From a virus: 64,000 nucleotides of DNA. The DNA is taken from positions 1 through 64,000 of IMG/VR virus record IMGVR_UViG_3300020054_000866. One strand, written 5' to 3'. The notes beneath the pieces were generated by a model, which was not told the DNA's origin, ran no database searches, and worked only from the letters and a program-made list of their open reading frames with translations. Both the position numbers and the translations under genes were made by a program. Shown piece after piece: positions 29,553 to 37,103 of the stretch; position 1 is the first letter of the stretch; every line of letters begins with the position of its first letter.

Positions 29553-29843
29553 GTGGCTATTGATTTTCCTAACTCCCCTTCAGTAAACGACACCTACACC
29601 ACCAACGGTAAAACCTACCTATGGGACGGAACCGCGTGGACTGTGTATGGAACATTCACTGTACGCTCCACTACCTCGGACACGGAGCCGACGGGCGTTT
29701 TAGATGGTCACATCTGGTATAGAAGTGATCAATCTCAGACTTTGATAAGATATGACGGTACGTGGATAGAAATCGGTGCGTCCACAGCGGCAAGCGGTGG
29801 TGACACGGGTTTCGCTAACAGTTTTATGACGATGGGAGCGTAA
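29553..29843 (+). CDS. MAIDFP-type adaptor
   Basis: MAIDFPNSPSVND..YLWDGTAW; ends NSFMTMGA. Confidence 0.7.
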   Translation: MAIDFPNSPSVNDTYTTNGKTYLWDGTAWTVYGTFTVRSTTSDTEPTGVLDGHIWYRSDQSQTLIRYDGTWIEIGASTAASGGDTGFANSFMTMGA

Positions 29844-29847
29844 AGAC

Positions 29848-30177
29848 ATGGCGCAGGCTTACAAGGTGCTCGGACAGATCGCACCGTCCGCAACGACAGC
29901 GACGACTATCTACACGGTGCCGTCTGCTACCGAGGCGGTCGTGTCCAGCATCGTCGTCTGTAACCGGTCGTCATCTAGTGTTACATTCCGAATCTCCGTT
30001 AGGCCGAACGGTGCTTCGCTGGCGAATCAGCACTATCTGGTGTATGACGCACCTCTCGTTGGAAGCGACACGCTGATCTTCACCGTCGGCTTGACGTTAG
30101 ATGCGACCGATGTTCTTGAAGCCTACGCCTCGTCCGGGGACTTGACGTTTCAGGCTTACGGGTCGGAGATTTCGTAA
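29848..30177 (+). CDS. Beta-rich connector protein (paralogue 3)
   Basis: MAQAYKVLGQ..PSATT.T.IYTVP....VVSSIVVCN...F.AYGSEIS. Confidence 0.75.
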   Translation: MAQAYKVLGQIAPSATTATTIYTVPSATEAVVSSIVVCNRSSSSVTFRISVRPNGASLANQHYLVYDAPLVGSDTLIFTVGLTLDATDVLEAYASSGDLTFQAYGSEIS

Positions 30178-30180
30178 GTC

Positions 30181-31107
30181 ATGGCGATCTACTCTGTCAA
30201 ACAAGGAGGACCGAGTTTCCGCCTTCTTGATGCAACTGTTGGCAACTTTCTGTTGGACTATTTGGTTGTTGCTGGCGGCGGCGCAGGCGGCTACTCATAC
30301 GCCGGTGGTGGAGGTGCGGGTGGCTTGTTGACTAACACATCCGTGGAGCGTTCACTTAGCACTTCGTATCTCGTCACGGTAGGTGCTGGCGGAGCGGCAT
30401 CATCAACGGTGCCGAAACCTCTGACGATGAATGGTTCTAACTCCGTGTTCGATTCCTTCACGTCTGTTGGTGGCGGTGCTGGCGGGCGAGGCGCTCAAAG
30501 CGCACCAGATCGAGATGGCTATGACGGCGGTTCCGGTGGTGGCGGTGGCGGTTGGACCGCTGGCTCTGGCGGGTTAGGAACAGCAGGTCAAGGCAACGAC
30601 GGCGGCGACGGCGACCTCAACCCCGATAAGAAAGGTGGTGGAGGTGGTGGTGCTGGTGCCGCCGGTTCCAACGGAACAGCATCCTCTGGCGGCAACGGCG
30701 GTATCGGGTCGATCTCAACTATCGTCACGACGACTATTGCTTCCAGCGCATCCGTTGGAGAAGTCAGCGGAAGCGATGTCTACTTTGCTGGCGGCGGTGG
30801 CGGCGGTGTCCAAGACATCAGCAACTTCGGTGACGGTGGTCTAGGTGGTGGGGGAGATGGCGGCTCCAACTTGACTGGACCGGGGACAGGAAGCGCAGGT
30901 CAAGTTGGAACTGGTGGCGGTGGCGGCGGCGGTGACCAAACTCATCTCGGCGGCAACGGTGGCTCCGGTGCCGTGATCTTCCGATACCCGTCAACGCTGG
31001 CGATAACTGTTGGCGCTGGGCTGACCTCAACGACGAGCGTTGTCGGATCGGACAAGGTGACGGTGATTACGGCAGGTTCAGACAACGTCAGTTGGGAGGT
31101 TGCCTGA
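30181..31107 (+). CDS. Glycine-rich fibre tip
   Basis: DYLVVAGGG...GGSGAVIFRYP. Confidence 0.7.
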   Translation: MAIYSVKQGGPSFRLLDATVGNFLLDYLVVAGGGAGGYSYAGGGGAGGLLTNTSVERSLSTSYLVTVGAGGAASSTVPKPLTMNGSNSVFDSFTSVGGGAGGRGAQSAPDRDGYDGGSGGGGGGWTAGSGGLGTAGQGNDGGDGDLNPDKKGGGGGGAGAAGSNGTASSGGNGGIGSISTIVTTTIASSASVGEVSGSDVYFAGGGGGGVQDISNFGDGGLGGGGDGGSNLTGPGTGSAGQVGTGGGGGGGDQTHLGGNGGSGAVIFRYPSTLAITVGAGLTSTTSVVGSDKVTVITAGSDNVSWEVA

Positions 31108-31211
31108 TGGCTCACTACGCCTTCCTTGACGACGACGGGATCGTGACTGGCGTGATTGTCGGTCGTGACGAGAACCTGCTGAACTGGACCCCTGCTACTC
31201 TCGGAGACTGA
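31107..31211 (+). pseudogene. Internally deleted MAHYAFLD chaperone-like gene (34 aa)
   Basis: MAHYAFLDDDGIVTGVIVGRDE joined directly to a C-terminal-like NLLNW...GD*; the full-length paralogue at 33893 is 127 aa. Confidence 0.65.
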
Positions 31212-31214
31212 CCT

Positions 31215-32072
31215 ATGGCGATCGACTTTCCCGATTCCCCCTCTGTTGGCGACCAGTTCGTCGCGTCCGGCAAAACGTATCAATGGGACGGCACCGTCTG
31301 GACCATTTACGGGCCACAAACCAACCCTGACATCTTCAAAGTAGACACCACTAACAACAGGGTTGGTATCAACAGTGCGTCTCCCTCTGTCACTCTAGAT
31401 GTAACAGGAGACGCAGCAGTTTCTGGAGATCTAGATGTTACAGGAGAATTTACTTCTAGAGGTTACCGTTATGTCCAGACGCTGTATTTCACTTCGTCGG
31501 GGTCGTTCACGAAAGCGACGTATCCGTGGCTGAGGGCGATCCGTGTGAAGTGTCAGGGTGCTGGTGCGGGCGGCGCTAACCGGAACGTCGCCTACACTTC
31601 GTCGCCCGGTGGTGGTGGCGGTGCTATGGCGGAATCGTTCATTACCGATATCGCTAGCCTTGGAGCATCAGAAACCATTACGGTCGGTGCTGGTAGTGCT
31701 GGCGTTGCTTCCGGTGTTCAGGGTGATTCGTCCTCTGGTGGAAATTCGTCGTTTGGAGCGCTGGTTATCGGTGTCGGCGGTAGTGGCACTTCAGGGCTTG
31801 CTACTTATGGCGGGGTAGGCGGGTTGTCGTCGGCGTGTACCGGTGATTTTGCGGTAAGTGGAAACGACGGCGGCACTGGAAGCCTTGAGGACGACGGCCA
31901 CGGCGGTAACGGCGGCGGCTCGCATTTCGGTGGCGGCGGCTATGGAGGCCGACGTAACACAACTCCTGGCGCAAACGGAAGGGATTATGGCGGCGGCGGT
32001 GGTGGCGGAACCGAAACCGCCGCCGCTGGTGCTGGTGCTAACGGGATTGTGATCGTGGAGTTGTACGCATGA
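31215..32072 (+). CDS. MAIDFP-type adaptor fused to a glycine-rich tip
   Basis: MAIDFPDSP..YQWDGTVW, NNRVGIN, FTSSGSF and terminal GANGIVIVELY. Confidence 0.7.
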   Translation: MAIDFPDSPSVGDQFVASGKTYQWDGTVWTIYGPQTNPDIFKVDTTNNRVGINSASPSVTLDVTGDAAVSGDLDVTGEFTSRGYRYVQTLYFTSSGSFTKATYPWLRAIRVKCQGAGAGGANRNVAYTSSPGGGGGAMAESFITDIASLGASETITVGAGSAGVASGVQGDSSSGGNSSFGALVIGVGGSGTSGLATYGGVGGLSSACTGDFAVSGNDGGTGSLEDDGHGGNGGGSHFGGGGYGGRRNTTPGANGRDYGGGGGGGTETAAAGAGANGIVIVELYA

Positions 32073-32257
32073 AATACGCACTAATCAACGCTGACGGTTT
32101 GGTTGTGAACGCTATCGTGTGGGACGGTCAAACCGACTACACCGCACCCGATGGGCTGGCCGTTGTTGCTATTCCTGATGGTGTTGGCGCTGGTCCCGGC
32201 TGGACCTATGACGGCGCCAACTGGATCGCACCGCCGCCTGAAGAGCTCGAAGAATAG
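32069..32257 (+). CDS. Small fibre chaperone-like protein
   Basis: MKYALI..DG.VVN.IVWD...GPGWTYDG..W..P. Confidence 0.6.
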   Translation: MKYALINADGLVVNAIVWDGQTDYTAPDGLAVVAIPDGVGAGPGWTYDGANWIAPPPEELEE

Positions 32258-32343
32258 CCAATTATTCTTCAACAGCTCGTAAAATCGCGGCTGCTCGTGT
32301 AGTGTATAATTTGGTGAGATCTTGTGCGTTGGAGGCCGTCTAA

Positions 32344-33612
32344 ATGGCAATTGATTTTCCAAACTCCCCAACCACCGGTGACACGTACACTGCTGGCGGT
32401 AGGACGTGGCAGTGGGACGGTACCGTCTGGGCCGCATACGGCAACTATCCCGACCCCACCGTCCTGAAGATTGATACCGGTACCAACCGTGTCGGTATCA
32501 ACAACACGTCCCCCACGACCGCGTTAGACGTAACCGGTGACCTGACGGTCTCTGGCAAGGTCAATGCCACCGCCCCCACCTCTACCAAGACAGCAAGTTA
32601 CACACTCGCTGCCGGTGATGAGAACACTCGCATCGTAATGAATAACGCTGGGGCGACGACCATTACTGTTGATGATGGTGTGTTTGCGGCTGGTGACACG
32701 GTGTGGATTCACAACATTGGTGCTGGTACGACGACGGTTACGGCTGGTACTGCGACGGTTGATACTGCTGGTTCGTTGGACGTTGGACAGTGGGAGGGCG
32801 GAAGTCTTTACTTCACATCTGCGTCCTCTGCAATCTTTTTTCGTGGTGGCGGAGCAGGCGTAGCATACGGTGCCGCTACTGGCGGCACATCCTCCACGAT
32901 CACGGTTGATGGCGATTCGTACACTTTGTTGGAGTTCACTTCGTCCAGCACGTTGACCGTGACTAAGGCTGGCGTGTTTGACGTTCTTGTTGTTGGCGGT
33001 GGCGGTGGCGGCGGTACTGCTGGCTCCCTCATCTGTGGTGCTGGTGCTGCTGGTGGCTACCGCCAGTTCGACAAGGTATATTTCGACACGAACCAGACGG
33101 TCGTTGTCGGTGCTGGCGATTCGGTGAACGGCTACCGAGGCACCGGTTCACGATGCGGTCAACCGTTCGTCGGTGGAGGCGGTAGCACTAACCAATACCT
33201 GCAAGGTCGAAACGGTGCCTCCGGTGGTGGCGGTGGATACTCCACGGCTGTCGGCGGCAAGGGCGACGACGCAAGCGGCAATAACGGCGGCGGCGGTGCG
33301 TCTAGTGCTGGTGGCGGCGGCGGCGGTGCTGGGGCAGTTGGTGCTAACGCTACGTCGGGCGCAGGCGGCAACGGTGGCGACGGACTGGACGCATCGACGT
33401 TTCGCGGTGAGTCCGCAGGAACTACCTATTACGCAGGTGGAGGCGGCGGTGAAGGCGGCACGACCCGTGGCCTCGGCGGTCTTGGCGGTGGTGGAAACGG
33501 CAAAGACCCGGGCAACGCATCTACAGCAGGAGCCACCAACACAGGTGGTGGCGGTGGTGGCGACGGCTCCTCTGGTGGATCCGGCATTGTCCTAGTGAGG
33601 TTCAAGAACTAA
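32344..33612 (+). CDS. MAIDFP-type adaptor fused to a glycine-rich tip
   Basis: MAIDFPNSP..WQWDGTVW, KTASYTL..GD and GGSGIVLVRF. Confidence 0.7.
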   Translation: MAIDFPNSPTTGDTYTAGGRTWQWDGTVWAAYGNYPDPTVLKIDTGTNRVGINNTSPTTALDVTGDLTVSGKVNATAPTSTKTASYTLAAGDENTRIVMNNAGATTITVDDGVFAAGDTVWIHNIGAGTTTVTAGTATVDTAGSLDVGQWEGGSLYFTSASSAIFFRGGGAGVAYGAATGGTSSTITVDGDSYTLLEFTSSSTLTVTKAGVFDVLVVGGGGGGGTAGSLICGAGAAGGYRQFDKVYFDTNQTVVVGAGDSVNGYRGTGSRCGQPFVGGGGSTNQYLQGRNGASGGGGGYSTAVGGKGDDASGNNGGGGASSAGGGGGGAGAVGANATSGAGGNGGDGLDASTFRGESAGTTYYAGGGGGEGGTTRGLGGLGGGGNGKDPGNASTAGATNTGGGGGGDGSSGGSGIVLVRFKN

Positions 33613-33875
33613 TGGCACATTTCGCACGCATTGACAACAACACGGTCATTGAGGTCATTGTCATTTCCGACGACAACTGCCCTGATCCTGCCCCCAACAA
33701 CGAATCAGCAGGACAGACGTTCATCGCTGACGTTCTCGGACTCGCAGGCGAATGGAAGCAAACCTCATACAACGGGAACTTCCGTGGCACCTACGCCGGA
33801 ATCGGCTACACCTACGATCCTGCTATTGATGAGTTTGTGCCGCCCCCTGTAACTGAAGAACCGACCCCCGAGTAA
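33612..33875 (+). CDS. MAHFA-type fibre chaperone-like protein
   Basis: MAHFARID.N.V..VIV...WKQTSYNGNFRG.YAGIGYTYD...D.F.PP. Confidence 0.65.
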   Translation: MAHFARIDNNTVIEVIVISDDNCPDPAPNNESAGQTFIADVLGLAGEWKQTSYNGNFRGTYAGIGYTYDPAIDEFVPPPVTEEPTPE

Positions 33876-33879
33876 GAGG

Positions 33880-33885
33880 TATAAT
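33880..33885 (+). promoter_or_regulatory. -10 element TATAAT 7 nt upstream of the ATG at 33893 (leaderless)
   Basis: ggTATAATcacacctATG. Confidence 0.6.
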
Positions 33886-33892
33886 CACACCT

Positions 33893-34276
33893 ATGGCACA
33901 TTACGCATTTCTTGACAACAACAACGTCGTCACTGAGGTCATCGTCGGACGTGATGAAGATGAAGTCGTTGACGGCGTTACGGACTGGGAGGCTTACTAC
34001 GGTGAGTTCCGGGGCCAGACCTGTAAGCGCACCTCGTACAACACGCAGGGCGGACAGCACACTGGTGACGGCACCCCGTACCGTAAGAACTACGCCGGTA
34101 TCGGATACACGTACGATGCCGACCGTGACGCCTTCATTCCGCCCCAGCCGTACGCTTCGTGGGTCCTGAACGAGGACACCTGCCTGTGGGACGCCCCCAC
34201 CCCGATGCCTGATGACGGACAGGAGTACACGTGGAACGAAGACACGACCTCATGGGAAGTAGTTGAGGCTGAGTAA
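33893..34276 (+). CDS. MAHYA-type fibre chaperone-like protein
   Basis: MAHYAFLD.NN.VT.VI.G.DE...RTSYNT.GG.H...P.RKNYAGIGYTYD..RDAFIPPQPY. Confidence 0.7.
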   Translation: MAHYAFLDNNNVVTEVIVGRDEDEVVDGVTDWEAYYGEFRGQTCKRTSYNTQGGQHTGDGTPYRKNYAGIGYTYDADRDAFIPPQPYASWVLNEDTCLWDAPTPMPDDGQEYTWNEDTTSWEVVEAE

Positions 34277-35082
34277 TGGCGATCAATTTCCCCGACTCTC
34301 CTTCTAACGGCGACACCGTCACCGTCGGTGACAAGACGTGGACGTGGAACGGATCGACGTGGGATGTTGTCGTATCGACCCCGATCTCTAATCAGATCGT
34401 TGATGCGGATGGCGATACCCGCGTCCACGTAGAAGAGTCCCCCGACGAAGATTACTTACGTTTCGATACTGCTGGTACCGAGCGTATGACGATCAACCCT
34501 TCAGGCAATGTCGCTATGACCGGCGATCTTACGGTTACGGGTACTATTGCTGGTGGGTCTACTACCTTTCCCACTACGTTGGATTCTGGAACGATGCCCG
34601 CAATCGAGGCGCTTCAGGCGAAGGTTGGTGTCAATAGTTCTGCTGTTGCGACTTCGCATGATTACATTCTGAATCAGCCGACCGCTTTCACGTTGAAGGC
34701 TCCGTTGGAGTTGTGGACCATTTCGGCTACAGCGGCCACAGGAACCGTGAACGTCGATCTGAAGTCGTCAGGCGCACATTATTTCACGGCGGATGCTACG
34801 GCGAACTGGACATACAATTTCCGTGGCGATGCGTCTACCAGTCTTGATTCTGTGTTGGCTGTCGGTGAATCGGTCACCGCTGTTCACGCAGTGACCAACG
34901 GCGCGACAGCTTACTATCCGACGGCGTTTCAGGTTGACGGTTCGGCGGTGACACCCAAGTGGTCGGGTGGTTCTGCACCCACTTCGGGTAATGCTAGTTC
35001 GGTTGATGCTTACCTGTTTACTGTTGTCAAGACTGCTAGCGCTACGTTTACGGTGTTGGCTCAGCAGGTTCAGTTTGCCTGA
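34276..35082 (+). CDS. MAINFP-type adaptor / fibre segment
   Basis: MAINFPDSP..WTWNGSTW, DADGDT..HVEE..DED..RFDTAG; C-terminal DAY.FT..KT.SATFTVLA domain. Confidence 0.7.
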   Translation: MAINFPDSPSNGDTVTVGDKTWTWNGSTWDVVVSTPISNQIVDADGDTRVHVEESPDEDYLRFDTAGTERMTINPSGNVAMTGDLTVTGTIAGGSTTFPTTLDSGTMPAIEALQAKVGVNSSAVATSHDYILNQPTAFTLKAPLELWTISATAATGTVNVDLKSSGAHYFTADATANWTYNFRGDASTSLDSVLAVGESVTAVHAVTNGATAYYPTAFQVDGSAVTPKWSGGSAPTSGNASSVDAYLFTVVKTASATFTVLAQQVQFA

Positions 35083-35897
35083 TGCCTATTTTAGGTGCGG
35101 TTTCTCAGCCTGCTGGGGCGATCAGGTATGGCCGTCCGCCGCTAGAGGTTGAATATCTGGTTGTCGCTGGCGGCGGGGGTGGCGGAGGAGGCGACGATGC
35201 CGACGGCGGAGGCGGTGGTGGAGGCGCAGGTGGCTTCCTGACCAGTACCGTGACTTTGACGGCTGGTTCTAATTACACTGTAACAGTTGGCGGTGCTGGC
35301 GGTGGATCGCCATCGCTCAGCGTTGGCTCTAGTGGCGGAAACTCAGTATTCGATTCGGCCACAGCAATTGGCGGTGGTCGTGCCGCTAGCCGTGGCGGTG
35401 GCGGTCAAAGCGGCGGTTCCGGCGGTGGATGTTTCCGAAACGCCAATCGGGGATTGGGAACGGCTGGTCAAGGAAACGCTGGCGCAAGTAGCACGACTTC
35501 GTGGGCTGGCGGTGGCGGTGGTGGTGCCGGTGCAGGTGGTAGCAACATGAACGGTGGTGCTGGTCTTGCGTTTTATGGCACCTATTACGCTGGCGGTGGT
35601 GGTGGCGGCAGAAACGGTGCTACCGCTACTGGTTCCGGTGGTGCTGGTGGTGGCGGGAACGGTGCTGCAAACGGTTCTGCTGGTACGCACGGTCTTGGCG
35701 GTGGTGGCGGCGGTGGTCAAGGAGGATGGAATACCAACTCCTTGGGTGCCCGTGGTGGTTCTGGTGTTGTTATTCTGCGCTATCCAGACGTATATACCTT
35801 GACAGTTGCGGCAGGTCATACTGCTTCTACCACCACAAGCGGATCAACCAAGATCACTACTATTACTGCCGGTTCTGGCTCTGTTTCTTGGAGTTGA
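35082..35897 (+). CDS. Glycine-rich fibre tip
   Basis: VEYLVVAGGGGGG...GGSGVVILRYP. Confidence 0.7.
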   Translation: MPILGAVSQPAGAIRYGRPPLEVEYLVVAGGGGGGGGDDADGGGGGGGAGGFLTSTVTLTAGSNYTVTVGGAGGGSPSLSVGSSGGNSVFDSATAIGGGRAASRGGGGQSGGSGGGCFRNANRGLGTAGQGNAGASSTTSWAGGGGGGAGAGGSNMNGGAGLAFYGTYYAGGGGGGRNGATATGSGGAGGGGNGAANGSAGTHGLGGGGGGGQGGWNTNSLGARGGSGVVILRYPDVYTLTVAAGHTASTTTSGSTKITTITAGSGSVSWS

Positions 35898-35899
35898 CG

Positions 35900-36286
35900 A
35901 TGTGGCATTATGCTTTACTTGACGAAAACAATGTTGTGACCGATATCATCACTGGTCAAAACCCCAATGTTGTCGTGGACGGTGTTGATAACTGGGAATC
36001 GTATTACGGTGAGTTTCACGGCTGTAGGGCTGTGGGGTCTGATTGCGACATGTTTGGTGGTCAACACTTGGATGGAGGTGTTCCATTCCGCAAAAACCAT
36101 GCGTCTATCGGCGGCACCTATGATGAAAGCCGCGATGCTTTTATTCCGTCACAGCCATACCCGTCATGGGTGCTAGACGAAGATACCTGCTTGTGGAACG
36201 CTCCGGCCCCTAAACCAAATGACGGCAATGCGTATGGCTGGGACGAGGACACTGTTAGTTGGGTTCAGATCGACGAAGGTGATTGA
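35900..36286 (+). CDS. MxHYA-type fibre chaperone-like protein
   Basis: MWHYALLDENNVVT...; paralogue of 33893. The start is the ATG at 35900 rather than 35726. Confidence 0.7.
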   Translation: MWHYALLDENNVVTDIITGQNPNVVVDGVDNWESYYGEFHGCRAVGSDCDMFGGQHLDGGVPFRKNHASIGGTYDESRDAFIPSQPYPSWVLDEDTCLWNAPAPKPNDGNAYGWDEDTVSWVQIDEGD

Positions 36287-36322
36287 TAATGTGTTACTAT
36301 AGTTCTGACACTGGAGGGTGTA

Positions 36323-37093
36323 ATGGCAATTGATTTTCCGTCGTCCCCATCAGTAAATGACTCGTTTACCTCAGGGGGCAAAACTTGGGTATGGAACGGT
36401 ACGTACTGGAAGTTGTACGGCTCTGTTCTGCGCGGCCTGAGTCTTGAGATCTCCGACACGCCCCCTGCTTCTCCTGTATCAGGAGATATGTGGTATGAGT
36501 CAGATACGGGGCGCACGTTCACGTATTATGACGGCGCATGGGTGGAGTTAGGTAACACCGCCGCTGTTACAGCGTTCTTGACCGACGCAGATGGAGATAC
36601 CATCGTCCACGTCGAAGAGGGCACAGACGACGACACTATCCGCTTTGATACGGCAGGTAGTGAGCGTATGACCATTGACGCGAGTGGTGACGTCACCATT
36701 GGCGGCAACCTGGCAGTTGGCTCTAACACTGACGTCGAAGCCAGCATTGATGCAGTTGAAGCCGATGTTTCTAACATCAATGAACTTCAGCAGAACGAGC
36801 AGACTGGAACCACCTACACGCTGGTTCTTGCTGACGGTGGTAAGTTGGTGGAGATGAACAATGCTTCGGCAAATACGTTGACTGTTCCCCCGAACTCCTC
36901 AGTTGCTTTCCCTGTGGGTTCTCAGATTCTGGTTCTTCAGACTGGTGCTGGTCAGACGACGTTGGCCCCCGACACTGGCGTTACCATCAACTCTAAGGAC
37001 GGTAATTTGAAGTTGTCGGATCAGTGGTGTGGCGTGACGTTGATCAAGCGTGCCACTGATGTGTGGGTGGCTATTGGCGATCTGAGCGCCTGA
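36323..37093 (+). CDS. MAIDFP-type adaptor
   Basis: MAIDFPSSPSVND, GDMWYESDTG, QTGTTYTLVLAD...VPPNSSVAFP.G...W...GDL. Confidence 0.7.
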   Translation: MAIDFPSSPSVNDSFTSGGKTWVWNGTYWKLYGSVLRGLSLEISDTPPASPVSGDMWYESDTGRTFTYYDGAWVELGNTAAVTAFLTDADGDTIVHVEEGTDDDTIRFDTAGSERMTIDASGDVTIGGNLAVGSNTDVEASIDAVEADVSNINELQQNEQTGTTYTLVLADGGKLVEMNNASANTLTVPPNSSVAFPVGSQILVLQTGAGQTTLAPDTGVTINSKDGNLKLSDQWCGVTLIKRATDVWVAIGDLSA

Positions 37094-37103
37094 GGCTGAC
37101 AAC

